64,000 nucleotides of DNA from Natribaculum luteum (GCF_023008545.1 NZ_CP095397.1:2715199-2779198), one strand, 5' to 3'; numbered from the stretch's first letter, positions 29,477-38,605 are shown. A program made the numbers and translations. Notes: generated from the sequence alone by a model not told the origin.

Positions 29477-29592
29477 CTGTTACTACTGGACAACGGTCAG
29501 TGACTACTCGATCGCGTCTCGCCGTCTGTCGCCGCTGGCGACAGCGTCTCGAGTGCGATCGATGCCTGAACCGTTTTGTCCAGCAGTATGAC
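29477..29592. repeat. Family-A nested palindromic element, copy A2.
   Basis: About 90% identical to the reverse complement of 10921..11040. The terminal TGA is degenerate here (ctgttac). Confidence 0.75.
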
Positions 29593-29789
29593 TGCTCACA
29601 GTCCAGTGGCGTCAGACGGGACGAACTCCGTGGCCGTGGCGTCCTCGTCCCGTTCGTGACCGTTCTCGACGGTTTCGGTCGGCGAAGGGGGAACGACACG
29701 GCCGTCGACACGGCCGTCGACACGACCGACTCGAGACCGCTCTATGCGAAGAGAATCGTCGCTTTCGAACCGGAGGAGTCCAGTTTGGG

Positions 29790-30761
29790 TTACATGTAAC
29801 CCAGGTCGCGCAGCCGCTCCATCAGGTCCTCTTTGTCCTGTGCACGACCCGCACGTTCGGTCGTGCTCTCGAGGTCCTGCAGCCACGCGGGTTCGGTGTC
29901 GGACTTCTCGGTCGAGACTTCGCTGCCCAGCGAACGGAAGCCGGCGAAGTACTTCGGCGAGACGGGGATGTCGTCCTGGGTGAGGTCGTTCGGCAGGTCG
30001 TCGTCGCCCTGTGGGACGTAGCCGTCGTCGGGGTACGCCTCGACGGTGTCGGGGACGACGTAGTTCCAGAAGGCCTCCCAGACGGCGGCCTCGTCGAACT
30101 GGAGGATGGGCTGGATGCGGTCGTGGGGCGGGTAGATGTCCGGATCGTGACGGGGCGAGAAGAACGTCTCGTCGGCGCGAGCCTCCTGCTCGTCCCAGCG
30201 GACGCCGGAGATAACGCCGTCGACGCCTAAGTCCTCGAGGGCGTCGTTCAGCGCCACCGTCTTCAGCAGGTGGTTGCCCGCGTAGGTGTCGAGCAGGAAC
30301 GGGAAGGTGTCCTCTTCGTACTCGAGGATCTCGCGGACGTGGTGCTGGTTGTGCTCCGAGAGGTCGGCGACGGGGACGTCGTCGCCCGGTTCGAGACCGT
30401 GTTCGTCGACGTAGTCGCCGATATCCTCGTTGCGGGCGTAGACGACCTCGAGGTCCCATTCGTCGGCCCACTTCTCGACGAAGCCGTGGATCGCATCGAA
30501 GTGCTGGAAGTGATCGATGAAGATCGCCGTCGGGAGGTCGTAGCCGTGTTTCTCGGCGACTTCCTTGACGAAGTAGAGCGTGAGCGTCGAGTCCTTGCCG
30601 CCGGTCCACATCACGGCGGGGTTCTCGTACTCCTCGAGGCCCTTCTGGGTGACCTCGATCGCCTTCTCGATTTTGTCTTCGAGACGCGGGTAGTCTGCCG
30701 GATCTTCGCCGTCGCCATCGTCGTAGTCGACGTCGACGTACTCGGGGAAGTTCTCGGACAT
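29790..30761 (-). CDS. Phosphoadenosine-phosphosulfate reductase family protein (PAPS reductase-like).
   Basis: PP-loop-like region WTGGKDSTLTLYF and a CysH-like fold. 323 aa. Confidence 0.75.
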   Translation of the reverse strand: MSENFPEYVDVDYDDGDGEDPADYPRLEDKIEKAIEVTQKGLEEYENPAVMWTGGKDSTLTLYFVKEVAEKHGYDLPTAIFIDHFQHFDAIHGFVEKWADEWDLEVVYARNEDIGDYVDEHGLEPGDDVPVADLSEHNQHHVREILEYEEDTFPFLLDTYAGNHLLKTVALNDALEDLGVDGVISGVRWDEQEARADETFFSPRHDPDIYPPHDRIQPILQFDEAAVWEAFWNYVVPDTVEAYPDDGYVPQGDDDLPNDLTQDDIPVSPKYFAGFRSLGSEVSTEKSDTEPAWLQDLESTTERAGRAQDKEDLMERLRDLGYM

Positions 30762-30770
30762 AGGGTGTAA

Positions 30771-30790
30771 TTAGATATAATTAGTAGGCT
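30771..30790 (-). promoter_or_regulatory. AT-rich BRE/TATA candidate (ttagatataattagtagg) at about -27 relative to the PAPS-reductase-like start.
   Basis: The strongest AT-rich island in the local 1 kb, correctly spaced for a leaderless transcript. Confidence 0.45.
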
Positions 30791-30911
30791 TAAACTCTTT
30801 TTGCCGGCGGAAACCTCTGACGGGAGTTAATGCGTTAACGCTTGTCGGTCGCTGGGGCGCTCTCACGATCAGCACGCGACGACAAACAGAATCGATCGGC
30901 TCGAGGACCCG

Positions 30912-31352
30912 TTACTCGTCGCTCGCGTCTCGCACGACGAAGACGGGAACCGACGCGTTGTCGACGACCCGCTCCGAGACGCTGCCCATCGAAATCTGTT
31001 TCTCCCGTGGGCTCTTCCCCTGTGTCCCGATGACGATCAGGTCGGCGTCCACGTCGTCGGCATACCTGAGAATCTCCTTGTCCGGCGTGCCGTGTCTGAC
31101 CTCCTCGACCGTCTCGAGGCCGGCCTCGCTCGCCCGGTCAGCGACGTCTGCGACGGCGTCTCGGCCTTCTCCCTCGAGGTTGGCTTCGATCTCCGCTCGC
31201 GTTCCGTCGGTCGCCGCCTGCAGGAGGCGCGTGTCGACGACGTAGAGCGCGTGGACGGTCGCGTCGTTGGTCTCGGCGATCGGGAGCGCGTGCTCGAGCG
31301 TCTGGCGAACGGTGCTGCTGCCGTCTGTCGGGACGAGAACGTTGTCGTACAT
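30912..31352 (-). CDS. Universal stress protein (UspA).
   Basis: MYDNVLVPTDGSS...ATVHALYV...LIVIGTQG is the Usp signature. Confidence 0.8.
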   Translation of the reverse strand: MYDNVLVPTDGSSTVRQTLEHALPIAETNDATVHALYVVDTRLLQAATDGTRAEIEANLEGEGRDAVADVADRASEAGLETVEEVRHGTPDKEILRYADDVDADLIVIGTQGKSPREKQISMGSVSERVVDNASVPVFVVRDASDE

Positions 31353-31432
31353 CGATCTGGGACCTCTCGCTCGGCTACGTGTCCCCTCTCACTCCGTGGT
31401 CAGAAGTGTTTCGACTCCGCAGGTGGTGGCGT

Positions 31433-32569
31433 TCAGCGTCGCTTCGATCCGGGTTCGGGCCCGTCGTCGGGTGCCGACACGTCGCTACTGCCGGCATCGT
31501 CGGTCCGCACGTCCTCGCCCTCCTGGATCGCCTTCGCCTCCCGTTCCATCGCCTCGAGGTCCACCTCTGCTTCTCGATCGATCTCGCCGATGATCTCGGC
31601 GATGTCGTCCAGCCCGATCAGTTCGCGCGTCTCCTCGTCGAACTCGAGACTCTCGAGCCGAGCGCCGTCACCCTCGACGTCGCTGCCGGTGAGGCGTTTG
31701 CCGTAGCGGCCGACCATCGACGACAGTTCCTGCGGGAGGACGTACGTCGTCGACTCGCTGTGGCCGATGTCCGCGAGCGTCTCCAAACCCCTGTCGATGA
31801 CGGCGCGTTCGCCCATCGACTCCGCCGAACGGGCTCTGAGGACGGTCGAGATCGACTCTCCCTGCGCCTCGAGGATCTGACTCTGTTTCTCGCCCTGCGC
31901 GCGGATGATCCGGCTCTGTTTGTCGCCTTCGGCCCGTTCGACGGCGCTGCGGCGTTCGCCCTGTGCCTCGAGGATCATCGCCCGTCGCCGCCGTTCGGCG
32001 GCGGTCTGCTGTTCCATCGCTCCCGTCACGTCACGGGACGGCGTCACTTCTCGAACTTCGACGCTCTCGACGCGGATCCCCCACTCGTCGGTGGGTTCGT
32101 CGAGTTCCTCGCGAATCCGCGCGTTGATCCGCTCGCGCTTGCTGAGCGTCTCGTCGAGTTCCATGTCACCCAGGACGGCACGCAGCGTCGTCTGGGCGAG
32201 GTTCGAAACCGCCCGCCTGTAGTCGTCGACCTCGAGGAACGCACGTCTGGCGTCCATTACCCTGATGTAGACGACGGCGTCGGCGGTCACGGGCGAGTTG
32301 TCGCGCGTGATCGCCTCCTGGGTCGGTACGTCGAGCGTCTGGGTTCGCATGTCGAAGGTGTACACTCGCGAGACGAACGGGGGTACGACGTTCAGTCCCG
32401 GCTGGAGGAGTTTGCGATACTCACCGAAGACGGTGAGGGCACCCCTGTCGTACGCGTCGACGATCTCGACCATCTGCCAGACGGTGATGGCCACGACCGC
32501 GACGGCGAGCGCTCCGACGGCGAGTGCCGGGTCAGCGAGTTGCAGGGGAACGAGTGCCGAAGCGTTCAT
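31433..32569 (-). CDS. SPFH/band-7 (stomatin/prohibitin-like) membrane protein with a C-terminal coiled-coil acidic extension.
   Basis: N-terminal TM helix, then an SPFH domain (TVFGEYRKLLQPGLNVVPPFVSRVYTFDMRTQTLDVPTQEAITRDNSPVTADAVVYIRV). The C-terminus carries A/EAQGE repeats. Confidence 0.8.
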   Translation of the reverse strand: MNASALVPLQLADPALAVGALAVAVVAITVWQMVEIVDAYDRGALTVFGEYRKLLQPGLNVVPPFVSRVYTFDMRTQTLDVPTQEAITRDNSPVTADAVVYIRVMDARRAFLEVDDYRRAVSNLAQTTLRAVLGDMELDETLSKRERINARIREELDEPTDEWGIRVESVEVREVTPSRDVTGAMEQQTAAERRRRAMILEAQGERRSAVERAEGDKQSRIIRAQGEKQSQILEAQGESISTVLRARSAESMGERAVIDRGLETLADIGHSESTTYVLPQELSSMVGRYGKRLTGSDVEGDGARLESLEFDEETRELIGLDDIAEIIGEIDREAEVDLEAMEREAKAIQEGEDVRTDDAGSSDVSAPDDGPEPGSKRR

Positions 32570-32687
32570 TACGTATACAGGAGGGGCCCGGCCAGATAAC
32601 CTTTGGTACATAGTCACACATCACGACCAGTTCGTCGGTTCCGGCGGGTCGCGCGGACGAGGCGATCGGATCGGGACGTCTCGCCGC

Positions 32688-32993
32688 TCACGACGGTAGC
32701 CGCCCGAGACAGTTCCGGCAGTACCTCGCGTTCGACGTATTCGATTCGCCACACCCCGGGCACCTGAGACTCGAGGAACCATCGGCCTCGACGTCGATTC
32801 CGATCGCCAGCGCGGTCAGCACGTCGTCCTCGAGTTCGTGGCCCTGTTCGTGCAGCCACCGCTCGACGAACGCGTCGTCGCGCAGTCGCTCGAGCCCTCG
32901 TACCAGGCCGAGAAAGAGCAGCGTCGGGGCGATCATGACGAGCGCTGCGACGGCGAGTCGCCAGATCGTTTCCACCGTTCCGGGATCGTCCAT
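32688..32993 (-). CDS. Small membrane protein with a C-terminal zinc ribbon.
   Basis: Two TM helices followed by CPGCG...CRNCLGRLPS. The start is assigned to ATG 32993. The upstream TTG-initiated extension is doubtful. Confidence 0.45.
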   Translation of the reverse strand: MDDPGTVETIWRLAVAALVMIAPTLLFLGLVRGLERLRDDAFVERWLHEQGHELEDDVLTALAIGIDVEADGSSSLRCPGCGESNTSNARYCRNCLGRLPS

Positions 32994-33149
32994 GGTAGAT
33001 CTGGAACACGGCGAGAATAAAACAGTATCACCCGGAAATCCTCGCCGGCCGTTCCGACGAGAGACGGCGAGCGATGGTGGCGGCCAAATACCGGAGCCGA
33101 ACCGCTCGAGACGGACGGACCCGTCGTACGTACGATCCGCTCCGCCCAA

Positions 33150-34136
33150 CTACGTTCGTTCCCTGAGAAAGCGCTCGGCGCGTCGCGTTCCCCGCTGCAG
33201 CAACCGATCGACGAACTCCGGATCCCGGTCGACTTTCGACGGTACGGAGAGGTCACTGCCCAGGTCGATGAACTCGACGTCGATCGGCTTGTACTGTTCC
33301 GGAAGACTCCCGCTCTCGATCAGGTCGTTGATCTTTTCGATGAAGTAGACCTCCTGGTACAGCGAGAGATTGCCCGCCAGTTCGTTACGTCGGTCGACGA
33401 CGTCCTCTACCGACTTTGGCACCTCCTCGCGGTGTCTGGGGTTGATCTGGACGATCCAGATCTCGTCTGGTTTCTCCGCCGCGTCGTCTGGCATCGTCAG
33501 AAAGTCTCGAATCGGCGGATTCTGCGAAAAGAGGCCGTCCCAGTACCAGTGGTCGTCGATCTCGACCGCTTCGAACAGCGTCGGAATCGCTGCCGACGCG
33601 AGAACCGTCTCCGCAGTGACTGCCTCGTTGTGGAAGGTTGCGAACTCGCCTTCGGTGACGTCCGCCGCCCCGACGATCAGATCCACGGACGCACCGCCGG
33701 CGAGTTCGGGAATGTGATCGAACCCGATGTGCGTCTCGAGCGTGTCGAGAAACCGATCACGTCCGGCGTCGGTGTACGGTACCTCGTACGGACTGAACAA
33801 CGGCAACGGCCCACCGCGGGCAGCGAACGTTGCCAGCGCGACGGCCCACTCGTTGGCGATCCTGTCGACCGGCGACCGGGCCGAGAAATCCCGCCAGATC
33901 CCCTCGAGCGCCTCGACGGCACGCTCCGTCCCACCTGCGAGCAGGCCATACCACGCGGCGGTCGCGCAAACGGCCCCGCCGGACGTCCCGCTCAGGCCGA
34001 CGAGTTCGTACGAGCGCGTGTCACACTCGCGGAGAAGTCGTTTGAGCACGCCAGCGGTGAACGCAGTGTGGCTACCGCCTCCCTGGCAGGCGATCGCGAC
34101 TCGAGTGGTACTGTCGACGTCGGCACCGGTGCTCAT
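33150..34136 (-). CDS. Patatin-like phospholipase.
   Basis: Oxyanion motif CQGGGSHTAFTAG, nucleophile elbow GLSGTSGG, and catalytic Asp in WDGLF. Confidence 0.85.
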   Translation of the reverse strand: MSTGADVDSTTRVAIACQGGGSHTAFTAGVLKRLLRECDTRSYELVGLSGTSGGAVCATAAWYGLLAGGTERAVEALEGIWRDFSARSPVDRIANEWAVALATFAARGGPLPLFSPYEVPYTDAGRDRFLDTLETHIGFDHIPELAGGASVDLIVGAADVTEGEFATFHNEAVTAETVLASAAIPTLFEAVEIDDHWYWDGLFSQNPPIRDFLTMPDDAAEKPDEIWIVQINPRHREEVPKSVEDVVDRRNELAGNLSLYQEVYFIEKINDLIESGSLPEQYKPIDVEFIDLGSDLSVPSKVDRDPEFVDRLLQRGTRRAERFLRERT

Positions 34137-34290
34137 GTGCCGATGTCAACGTATTTTACCTTAGTGTTCCGGGAAGCGATCACGTGACGAAGGCGTCGAG
34201 AAGCGTGGCCGTGTGGATTCTGTCGCGAAGGCGTCTATCCGCGATGGACCCCGCTATTCGCTGCTCGTCGTAGAACGCTTTCAGATGCCG

Positions 34291-34869
34291 TTACGAGATG
34301 AACTTGTTGTCTCGCCAGTTGACCCCACCCTGCGAACTCTGCCGGTCGCGTGGCCCTTCGACGACCTCGACGTCGGCCGGCCGAGCTTCGCCGTCGACGA
34401 TGCGGGTCGCCTCGAGGTCACCGTCGTTCTCGGAGATCGCGGTCAGCGTCCCCTTCTCGGTCTGCTCGGCGATGCCACAGAGGACGAGGAACATCTCGTA
34501 CTGCAGCAGCGAGTTCTGGAGGACGGTCTCGCGGTCGCCTTTGAACGCGGCGAACTCGACGAGTTCGGACTCGATTTCCTCTTCCTCCTCTTCGTCCCAG
34601 CGGAACGAACTCCGTCGTTCGTCGGGGTCTTCCTCGTAGACCCGGTTTTCGGTGATGCTCGCTTTGAGCTGGGCCGTCGGCGTGTACTTGCTGACGTTCT
34701 CGTCCTCGGCGACGGCCTTGAGGATCAGCGTGTTGTTCCTGCGTGTGATCTCCACGTCGGCGATCCCGTCCGGGTAGGTCGCGTCACCGATGTATTCGCG
34801 GAGGTCTTCGAGTGGCAGTTCGAGCGTCGAGTGAAGTCGATATACGTGTCTGGATTCCTCTGTTGACAT
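34291..34869 (-). CDS. Hypothetical acidic protein of 192 aa.
   Basis: Long ORF with a poly-Glu stretch (WDEEEEEEIESE). An upstream ttatat element suggests it is expressed. Confidence 0.45.
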   Translation of the reverse strand: MSTEESRHVYRLHSTLELPLEDLREYIGDATYPDGIADVEITRRNNTLILKAVAEDENVSKYTPTAQLKASITENRVYEEDPDERRSSFRWDEEEEEEIESELVEFAAFKGDRETVLQNSLLQYEMFLVLCGIAEQTEKGTLTAISENDGDLEATRIVDGEARPADVEVVEGPRDRQSSQGGVNWRDNKFIS

Positions 34870-34992
34870 GGTGGGAAGGTGTGTGCGGCGACAGTCGTCT
34901 GGTTTGTAGTACGGGAGCGTCGCTTATATGACCTGCTGTTAAATTCCCATTCCGGTGGGGTGGATGAATGATCGGTCGGATCGAACGGTCGA

Positions 34993-35337
34993 TCACGACG
35001 TCTCGAGCGTCTCCGCGAGTTCGCCTCGATCCTCGAGTTCGGCGAGGACGTCCGACCCGCCGACGAACTCGCCGTCGACGAACGTCTGGGGGATCGTCTC
35101 CCAGCCGCTGTGTTCCGCGAGTGCGGTCCGGTACTCGTCGAGGGACTCGAGGACGTCTACCGTCTCGTACTCAGTCCGGTGGTTGCCGATCAACTCGAGT
35201 GCTCGCTGGGAGTAGCCACACTGGGGCATAAGTTCGGTTCCCTTCATGAACAGAACGACCTCGTTCGTCTCGATAGCCCCCGCGACGATCTCGTCGACTT
35301 CCTCCTGCTCGAGGCTGCTGTCTGGCTGGAACGTCAT
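34993..35337 (-). CDS. Monothiol glutaredoxin (Grx4 family).
   Basis: CGYS active site in the monothiol Grx context (VVLFMKGTELMPQCGYSQRALELI ... WETIPQTFVDGEFVGGSD). Confidence 0.8.
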   Translation of the reverse strand: MTFQPDSSLEQEEVDEIVAGAIETNEVVLFMKGTELMPQCGYSQRALELIGNHRTEYETVDVLESLDEYRTALAEHSGWETIPQTFVDGEFVGGSDVLAELEDRGELAETLETS

Positions 35338-35388
35338 GCATCCACATACGAGCGTCCGTCGGATAGACTTTGCGTCCTCGAGCGGTCG

Positions 35389-36696
35389 TCAGGTGGGCTC
35401 GAGACGAAGCAGTCGGTCGTCGCCGTCTCGAGGGAACTCACCGCTTGCTCGCCCGTCGCGGTTCGACGTCAACAGGTAGAGCGCTCCGTCCGGTCCCTGT
35501 TCGACGTGGCGCAGCCGACCGAACTCGCCGTCGTAGAACGGATGGGCGGTCGCGGTGAAGCGATCGTCGAGCCAGTCGGCGTCGTATCTGACTGCGTCGC
35601 CCTCGAGCGGCGGCTCCTCGCCATCGTGGGTCAGCGTGACGGCGAACAGCGTCTCCGATGCGAGTCCGCAGACGAACAGGCGGTGTCGCCAGGCTGGAAT
35701 CGCGTCGGCGGTGTAGAAGGCGATGCCGGAAGGAGCCCACGTGACGTCCGGGCTCGTGTTCAGGATCGGCGGCGTGACCGCCTCGTACTCGCCGTAGGCG
35801 TCGTACTGCGGGTCGTCGGGGCCGCCGCGGACGACGTCCCAGCCGTAGTTTGCGCCCGCCCGCAGGACCGACACCTCGTCGCGGGCGCTCGGTCCGTGTT
35901 CGGCGGCGATCGGCACGTCGGCCGGTGTGAACGCGAGCCCCTGCGGGTTGCGGTGGCCGAGCGTATACGTCCGTGGATCGCTCTCGTCGCCGAAGTCGGG
36001 ATTGTCCGGTGCCGGGTCGCCGTCGGGCGTGATCCGCAAGACGGCTCCGGCGAGCGAGGACGGGTCCTGGGCGAGCGCGGGATCGTCGGCGTCGCCGGTC
36101 GTCACCCACAGCGCGTCGTCGGGGCCGAACGCGAGGCGGCCGCCGTCGTGGATCATCGCGCCGGGAACCCCCTCGAGGATCGGCTCGAGGTCGCCGTCGT
36201 CGACGTCGTAGCGCACCACCCGGTTCTCGAGGTTCCCGTCGTCGGCGGTGTAGTAGATAAACAGGTCGGGAACGTCTGGATAGTCGGGGTGGGTCGCGAC
36301 GCCGAGGGTGCCGCCTTCGCCGTGGGCCGCCTGGTCGGGGAGTTCGTCGCGAGCGAGGACGACCTCGGCGTCGGACGGCTCGAGTCCGTCCCGATCGGTC
36401 ACGGCGTCGCGGTCGAATCGCAAGACGCCACCGTCTCGTTCGGTCACGAAGACGTCGGGTCCGGCAAACGAGAGACTCCAGGGGATCTCGAAGCCGGAGA
36501 CGACGGTCGTCGCCTCGACGGCTGCGTCGTAAGGCGACCCCTCGGCCGGCTCCCACTCCGGCACCGGCAGGCCGTCGCCCGGCGCGTCGCCGGGGTCTGC
36601 CAGCTGGGGTTCGCTGCCGTCCGTAAGACAGCCAGCGACGGGAAGCGAGAGCGACGCCGTCGCCGCAAGAACGCGTCTGCGCGTCGTGTCGAGCAC
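35389..36696 (-). CDS. PQQ-dependent sugar (glucose/sorbosone) dehydrogenase-like beta-propeller lipoprotein with a TAT signal.
   Basis: RRRVLAATASLSLPVAGC (TAT motif plus lipobox) and the SGDH-family beta-propeller repeats. Confidence 0.75.
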   Translation of the reverse strand: MLDTTRRRVLAATASLSLPVAGCLTDGSEPQLADPGDAPGDGLPVPEWEPAEGSPYDAAVEATTVVSGFEIPWSLSFAGPDVFVTERDGGVLRFDRDAVTDRDGLEPSDAEVVLARDELPDQAAHGEGGTLGVATHPDYPDVPDLFIYYTADDGNLENRVVRYDVDDGDLEPILEGVPGAMIHDGGRLAFGPDDALWVTTGDADDPALAQDPSSLAGAVLRITPDGDPAPDNPDFGDESDPRTYTLGHRNPQGLAFTPADVPIAAEHGPSARDEVSVLRAGANYGWDVVRGGPDDPQYDAYGEYEAVTPPILNTSPDVTWAPSGIAFYTADAIPAWRHRLFVCGLASETLFAVTLTHDGEEPPLEGDAVRYDADWLDDRFTATAHPFYDGEFGRLRHVEQGPDGALYLLTSNRDGRASGEFPRDGDDRLLRLEPT

Positions 36697-36744
36697 GGTC
36701 GGAGTACGCGGCGAAAGCGTATAGAAATGCGGGAACGGTCGACG

Positions 36745-37380
36745 CTACTCTTCTTTGCCGACGCTGATGACCTGCAACAGCGAGTAGACGGGGACGCCCT
36801 CGAGTTCGTCGAGACCCTGTTTGTCCGCGAGGACAACGCAGGCAAGCGGCTCGCCGCCTTCGGCGCGGATCGCCTGGATCGTCTCGCGCATGGTCGTCCC
36901 GCTGGTGATGGTGTCGTCGACGACGTAGCACTCGCGGTCGCGGATGCCGGCGAAGTTCCGCGAGAAGGTGCCGCCGAGTTCCTCGATGTCGCCTTCCTCC
37001 CACTGGTGTTTCGAGGGGGTGTACGTCGAGAGGTCGGTCTCGAGTTCGCGGGCGACGAGGGTCGCAATCGGGCCGCCGGCTTTCTCGATGCCGACGGTGA
37101 GGTCGACGTCCTCGCCGTGTTTCGCCAGGAGGTCTGCCATCGCTTCCGCGATCGCGCCCATCCGCTTGCTGTCCCGGCCGACAGCCGACCAGTCGACGTG
37201 GATGTCCTGTGGGCCGCCGGTCGCCGATCGGTTCTGTGCCTGGGTCGCCGCGCCGCTGCGCTCGACGAGCCAGCTCGCAGTCTCCCGGGAGACGTTCAGT
37301 TCGTCCGCAATCTCGCCCTTCGAGAGGCCGCGATCCGCGAGTTCCGCCGCACTCTCGATCAAGTCGTCGACGTTTTTCAT
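36745..37380 (-). CDS. GfcR-like transcription regulator: an HTH fused to a phosphoribosyltransferase (PyrE-like) domain.
   Basis: N-terminal HTH (GLSKGEIADELNVSRETASWLVER) plus PRTase PRPP-binding loop (YVVDDTITSGTTM). 211 aa. Its start overlaps the glucose-dehydrogenase stop as ATGA. Confidence 0.7.
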   Translation of the reverse strand: MKNVDDLIESAAELADRGLSKGEIADELNVSRETASWLVERSGAATQAQNRSATGGPQDIHVDWSAVGRDSKRMGAIAEAMADLLAKHGEDVDLTVGIEKAGGPIATLVARELETDLSTYTPSKHQWEEGDIEELGGTFSRNFAGIRDRECYVVDDTITSGTTMRETIQAIRAEGGEPLACVVLADKQGLDELEGVPVYSLLQVISVGKEE

Positions 37381-38468
37381 ATGGACGTGAATTCGACCGC
37401 CGTTTTTATAGTCGTGTCGTCGTCTGCAAACGTCGACTCCTCGGCAAGCGAGAACGCCCGCTCGAACTCCTCGAGTCCGTAGACGCCGGTCACGAGGTCG
37501 TCGGTGAACCACGTCGGCAGGGCTGCGAGCGTCTCGATGGCCGACTCGAAGTGGCCGCGGTGGGAGTTGACGCTGCCGACCAGCGCCTTGTTCTGCAAGA
37601 CGAGTTCCCGGTGGAGTCGGCCGCCGTCGACCTCGAACGTCCAGTCTTCGGGGACGCCGAGCAGTGCGCCGACGCCGTTGGGGGCGAGCGCGTCGATCGT
37701 CTCGAAGGCGTGTTTCGCGTACCCCGTCGCCTCGTAGACGACGTCCATCCCCTCGTATGCGTCGGCGACCTGCGAGACCGGCGTCTCCCTCGAGTCGACG
37801 TACGTCGCGCCCAGGTTCTCGATGATGTCGATCGTCGGGTCTGGCCTGTCCCGTCGGCCGAGGCAGTAGGTGCGATCGTACTCGAGGACCTCCTCGAACA
37901 TCGCCAGCGTCAACAGTCCGAGCGAGCCGTTCCCGAGGACGAGCGCGGATTCGGGTCGCCAGTCGAACGCCGAGCGGGTGGCGTAGGCGTGCTCGATGGC
38001 CTTCTCCGAGATGCTGATGGGTTCGACGAGGAAGCCAAGCGGTGCGAGTTCCTCGGGGATCGAAACGAGGTACTCGGCGGGGCTGGTGAAGTACTCGGCC
38101 ATGAAGCCGTGAGCACCGACGATGCCACGTTCGACGTACTCGCCCGCTGGGGCCATGTCCGGCTGGCCGCGCTCGAAGTGCTCGGTCGGCCCGTCCAGGG
38201 GCCGCCGAACCGTCGGTACGACGACCGTCCCCTCCTCGAGGTCGGTCCCGTTCGCGTCTTCGACGACGCCGACGGCTTCGTGTCCCAGCACGAGGTGGTC
38301 GTCGCCGTCGGGGACGTCGCCGTGGCGTCCCTCGATCACTTCGCGGTCGGTGCCGTCGACGCCGACGCGAAGCGTCCGGACGAGAGCCTCGCCCGGCGCT
38401 GGTTCGGGGACGGGCTTCTCGAGTACAGTGGGCTCGCCCGACCCTGGTTCGACTGCGATCACGTTCAT
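37377..38468 (-). CDS. Zn-dependent MDR-family dehydrogenase, probably a haloarchaeal-type glucose 1-dehydrogenase.
   Basis: MNVIAVEPGSGEPTVLEKPVPEPAPGEALVRTLRVGVDGTDREVIEGRHG and the GHEAVGVV zinc site. It is co-oriented with and overlaps the GfcR-like regulator. Confidence 0.7.
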   Translation of the reverse strand: MNVIAVEPGSGEPTVLEKPVPEPAPGEALVRTLRVGVDGTDREVIEGRHGDVPDGDDHLVLGHEAVGVVEDANGTDLEEGTVVVPTVRRPLDGPTEHFERGQPDMAPAGEYVERGIVGAHGFMAEYFTSPAEYLVSIPEELAPLGFLVEPISISEKAIEHAYATRSAFDWRPESALVLGNGSLGLLTLAMFEEVLEYDRTYCLGRRDRPDPTIDIIENLGATYVDSRETPVSQVADAYEGMDVVYEATGYAKHAFETIDALAPNGVGALLGVPEDWTFEVDGGRLHRELVLQNKALVGSVNSHRGHFESAIETLAALPTWFTDDLVTGVYGLEEFERAFSLAEESTFADDDTTIKTAVEFTSI

Positions 38469-38490
38469 ACCGTGTCAGTTGGAGCCAGAG

Positions 38491-38506
38491 GGTTAAAGAT
38501 TTATTC
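38491..38506 (-). promoter_or_regulatory. TATA-like element (ggttaaagatttattc) for the glucose-dehydrogenase-like gene.
   Basis: AT-rich, at about -27 from the ATG at 38468, in a divergent intergenic region. Confidence 0.4.
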
Positions 38507-38570
38507 TTTATTGAGTAAAATTGTCCGTATCGGCGAACGGGACTGCGCTGGAAGCGAGGATCGAGACGGA

Positions 38571-38587
38571 AAACGATTATCTCTCTG
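38571..38587 (+). promoter_or_regulatory. TATA-like element (gaaaacgattatctctc) for the HAD-family gene starting at 38606.
   Basis: AT-rich, at about -27 from the ATG. Confidence 0.35.
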
Positions 38588-38605
38588 CCCTTCGGTGTTC
38601 GTGCC

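Noticed and set aside
29700-29745. Possible CRISPR-like repeat (cgacacggccgt units).
   Set aside because: Only 2.5 contiguous 12-nt units with no spacers. No CRISPR array is present anywhere in the window.
29500-29799. ORF encoding MTTRSRLAVCRRWRQRLECDRCLNR..., and the identical N-terminal extension of ORF 9914..11014.
   Set aside because: Both are translations of the two family-A repeat copies. The peptide similarity comes from nucleotide repeat identity, not from a protein family.
32994-33149. The longer TTG-initiated version of the zinc-ribbon membrane protein ORF that abuts the patatin stop.
   Set aside because: The extension is Arg/Gly-rich and uses a TTG start. The ATG at 32993, followed immediately by the hydrophobic helix, is the more plausible start.
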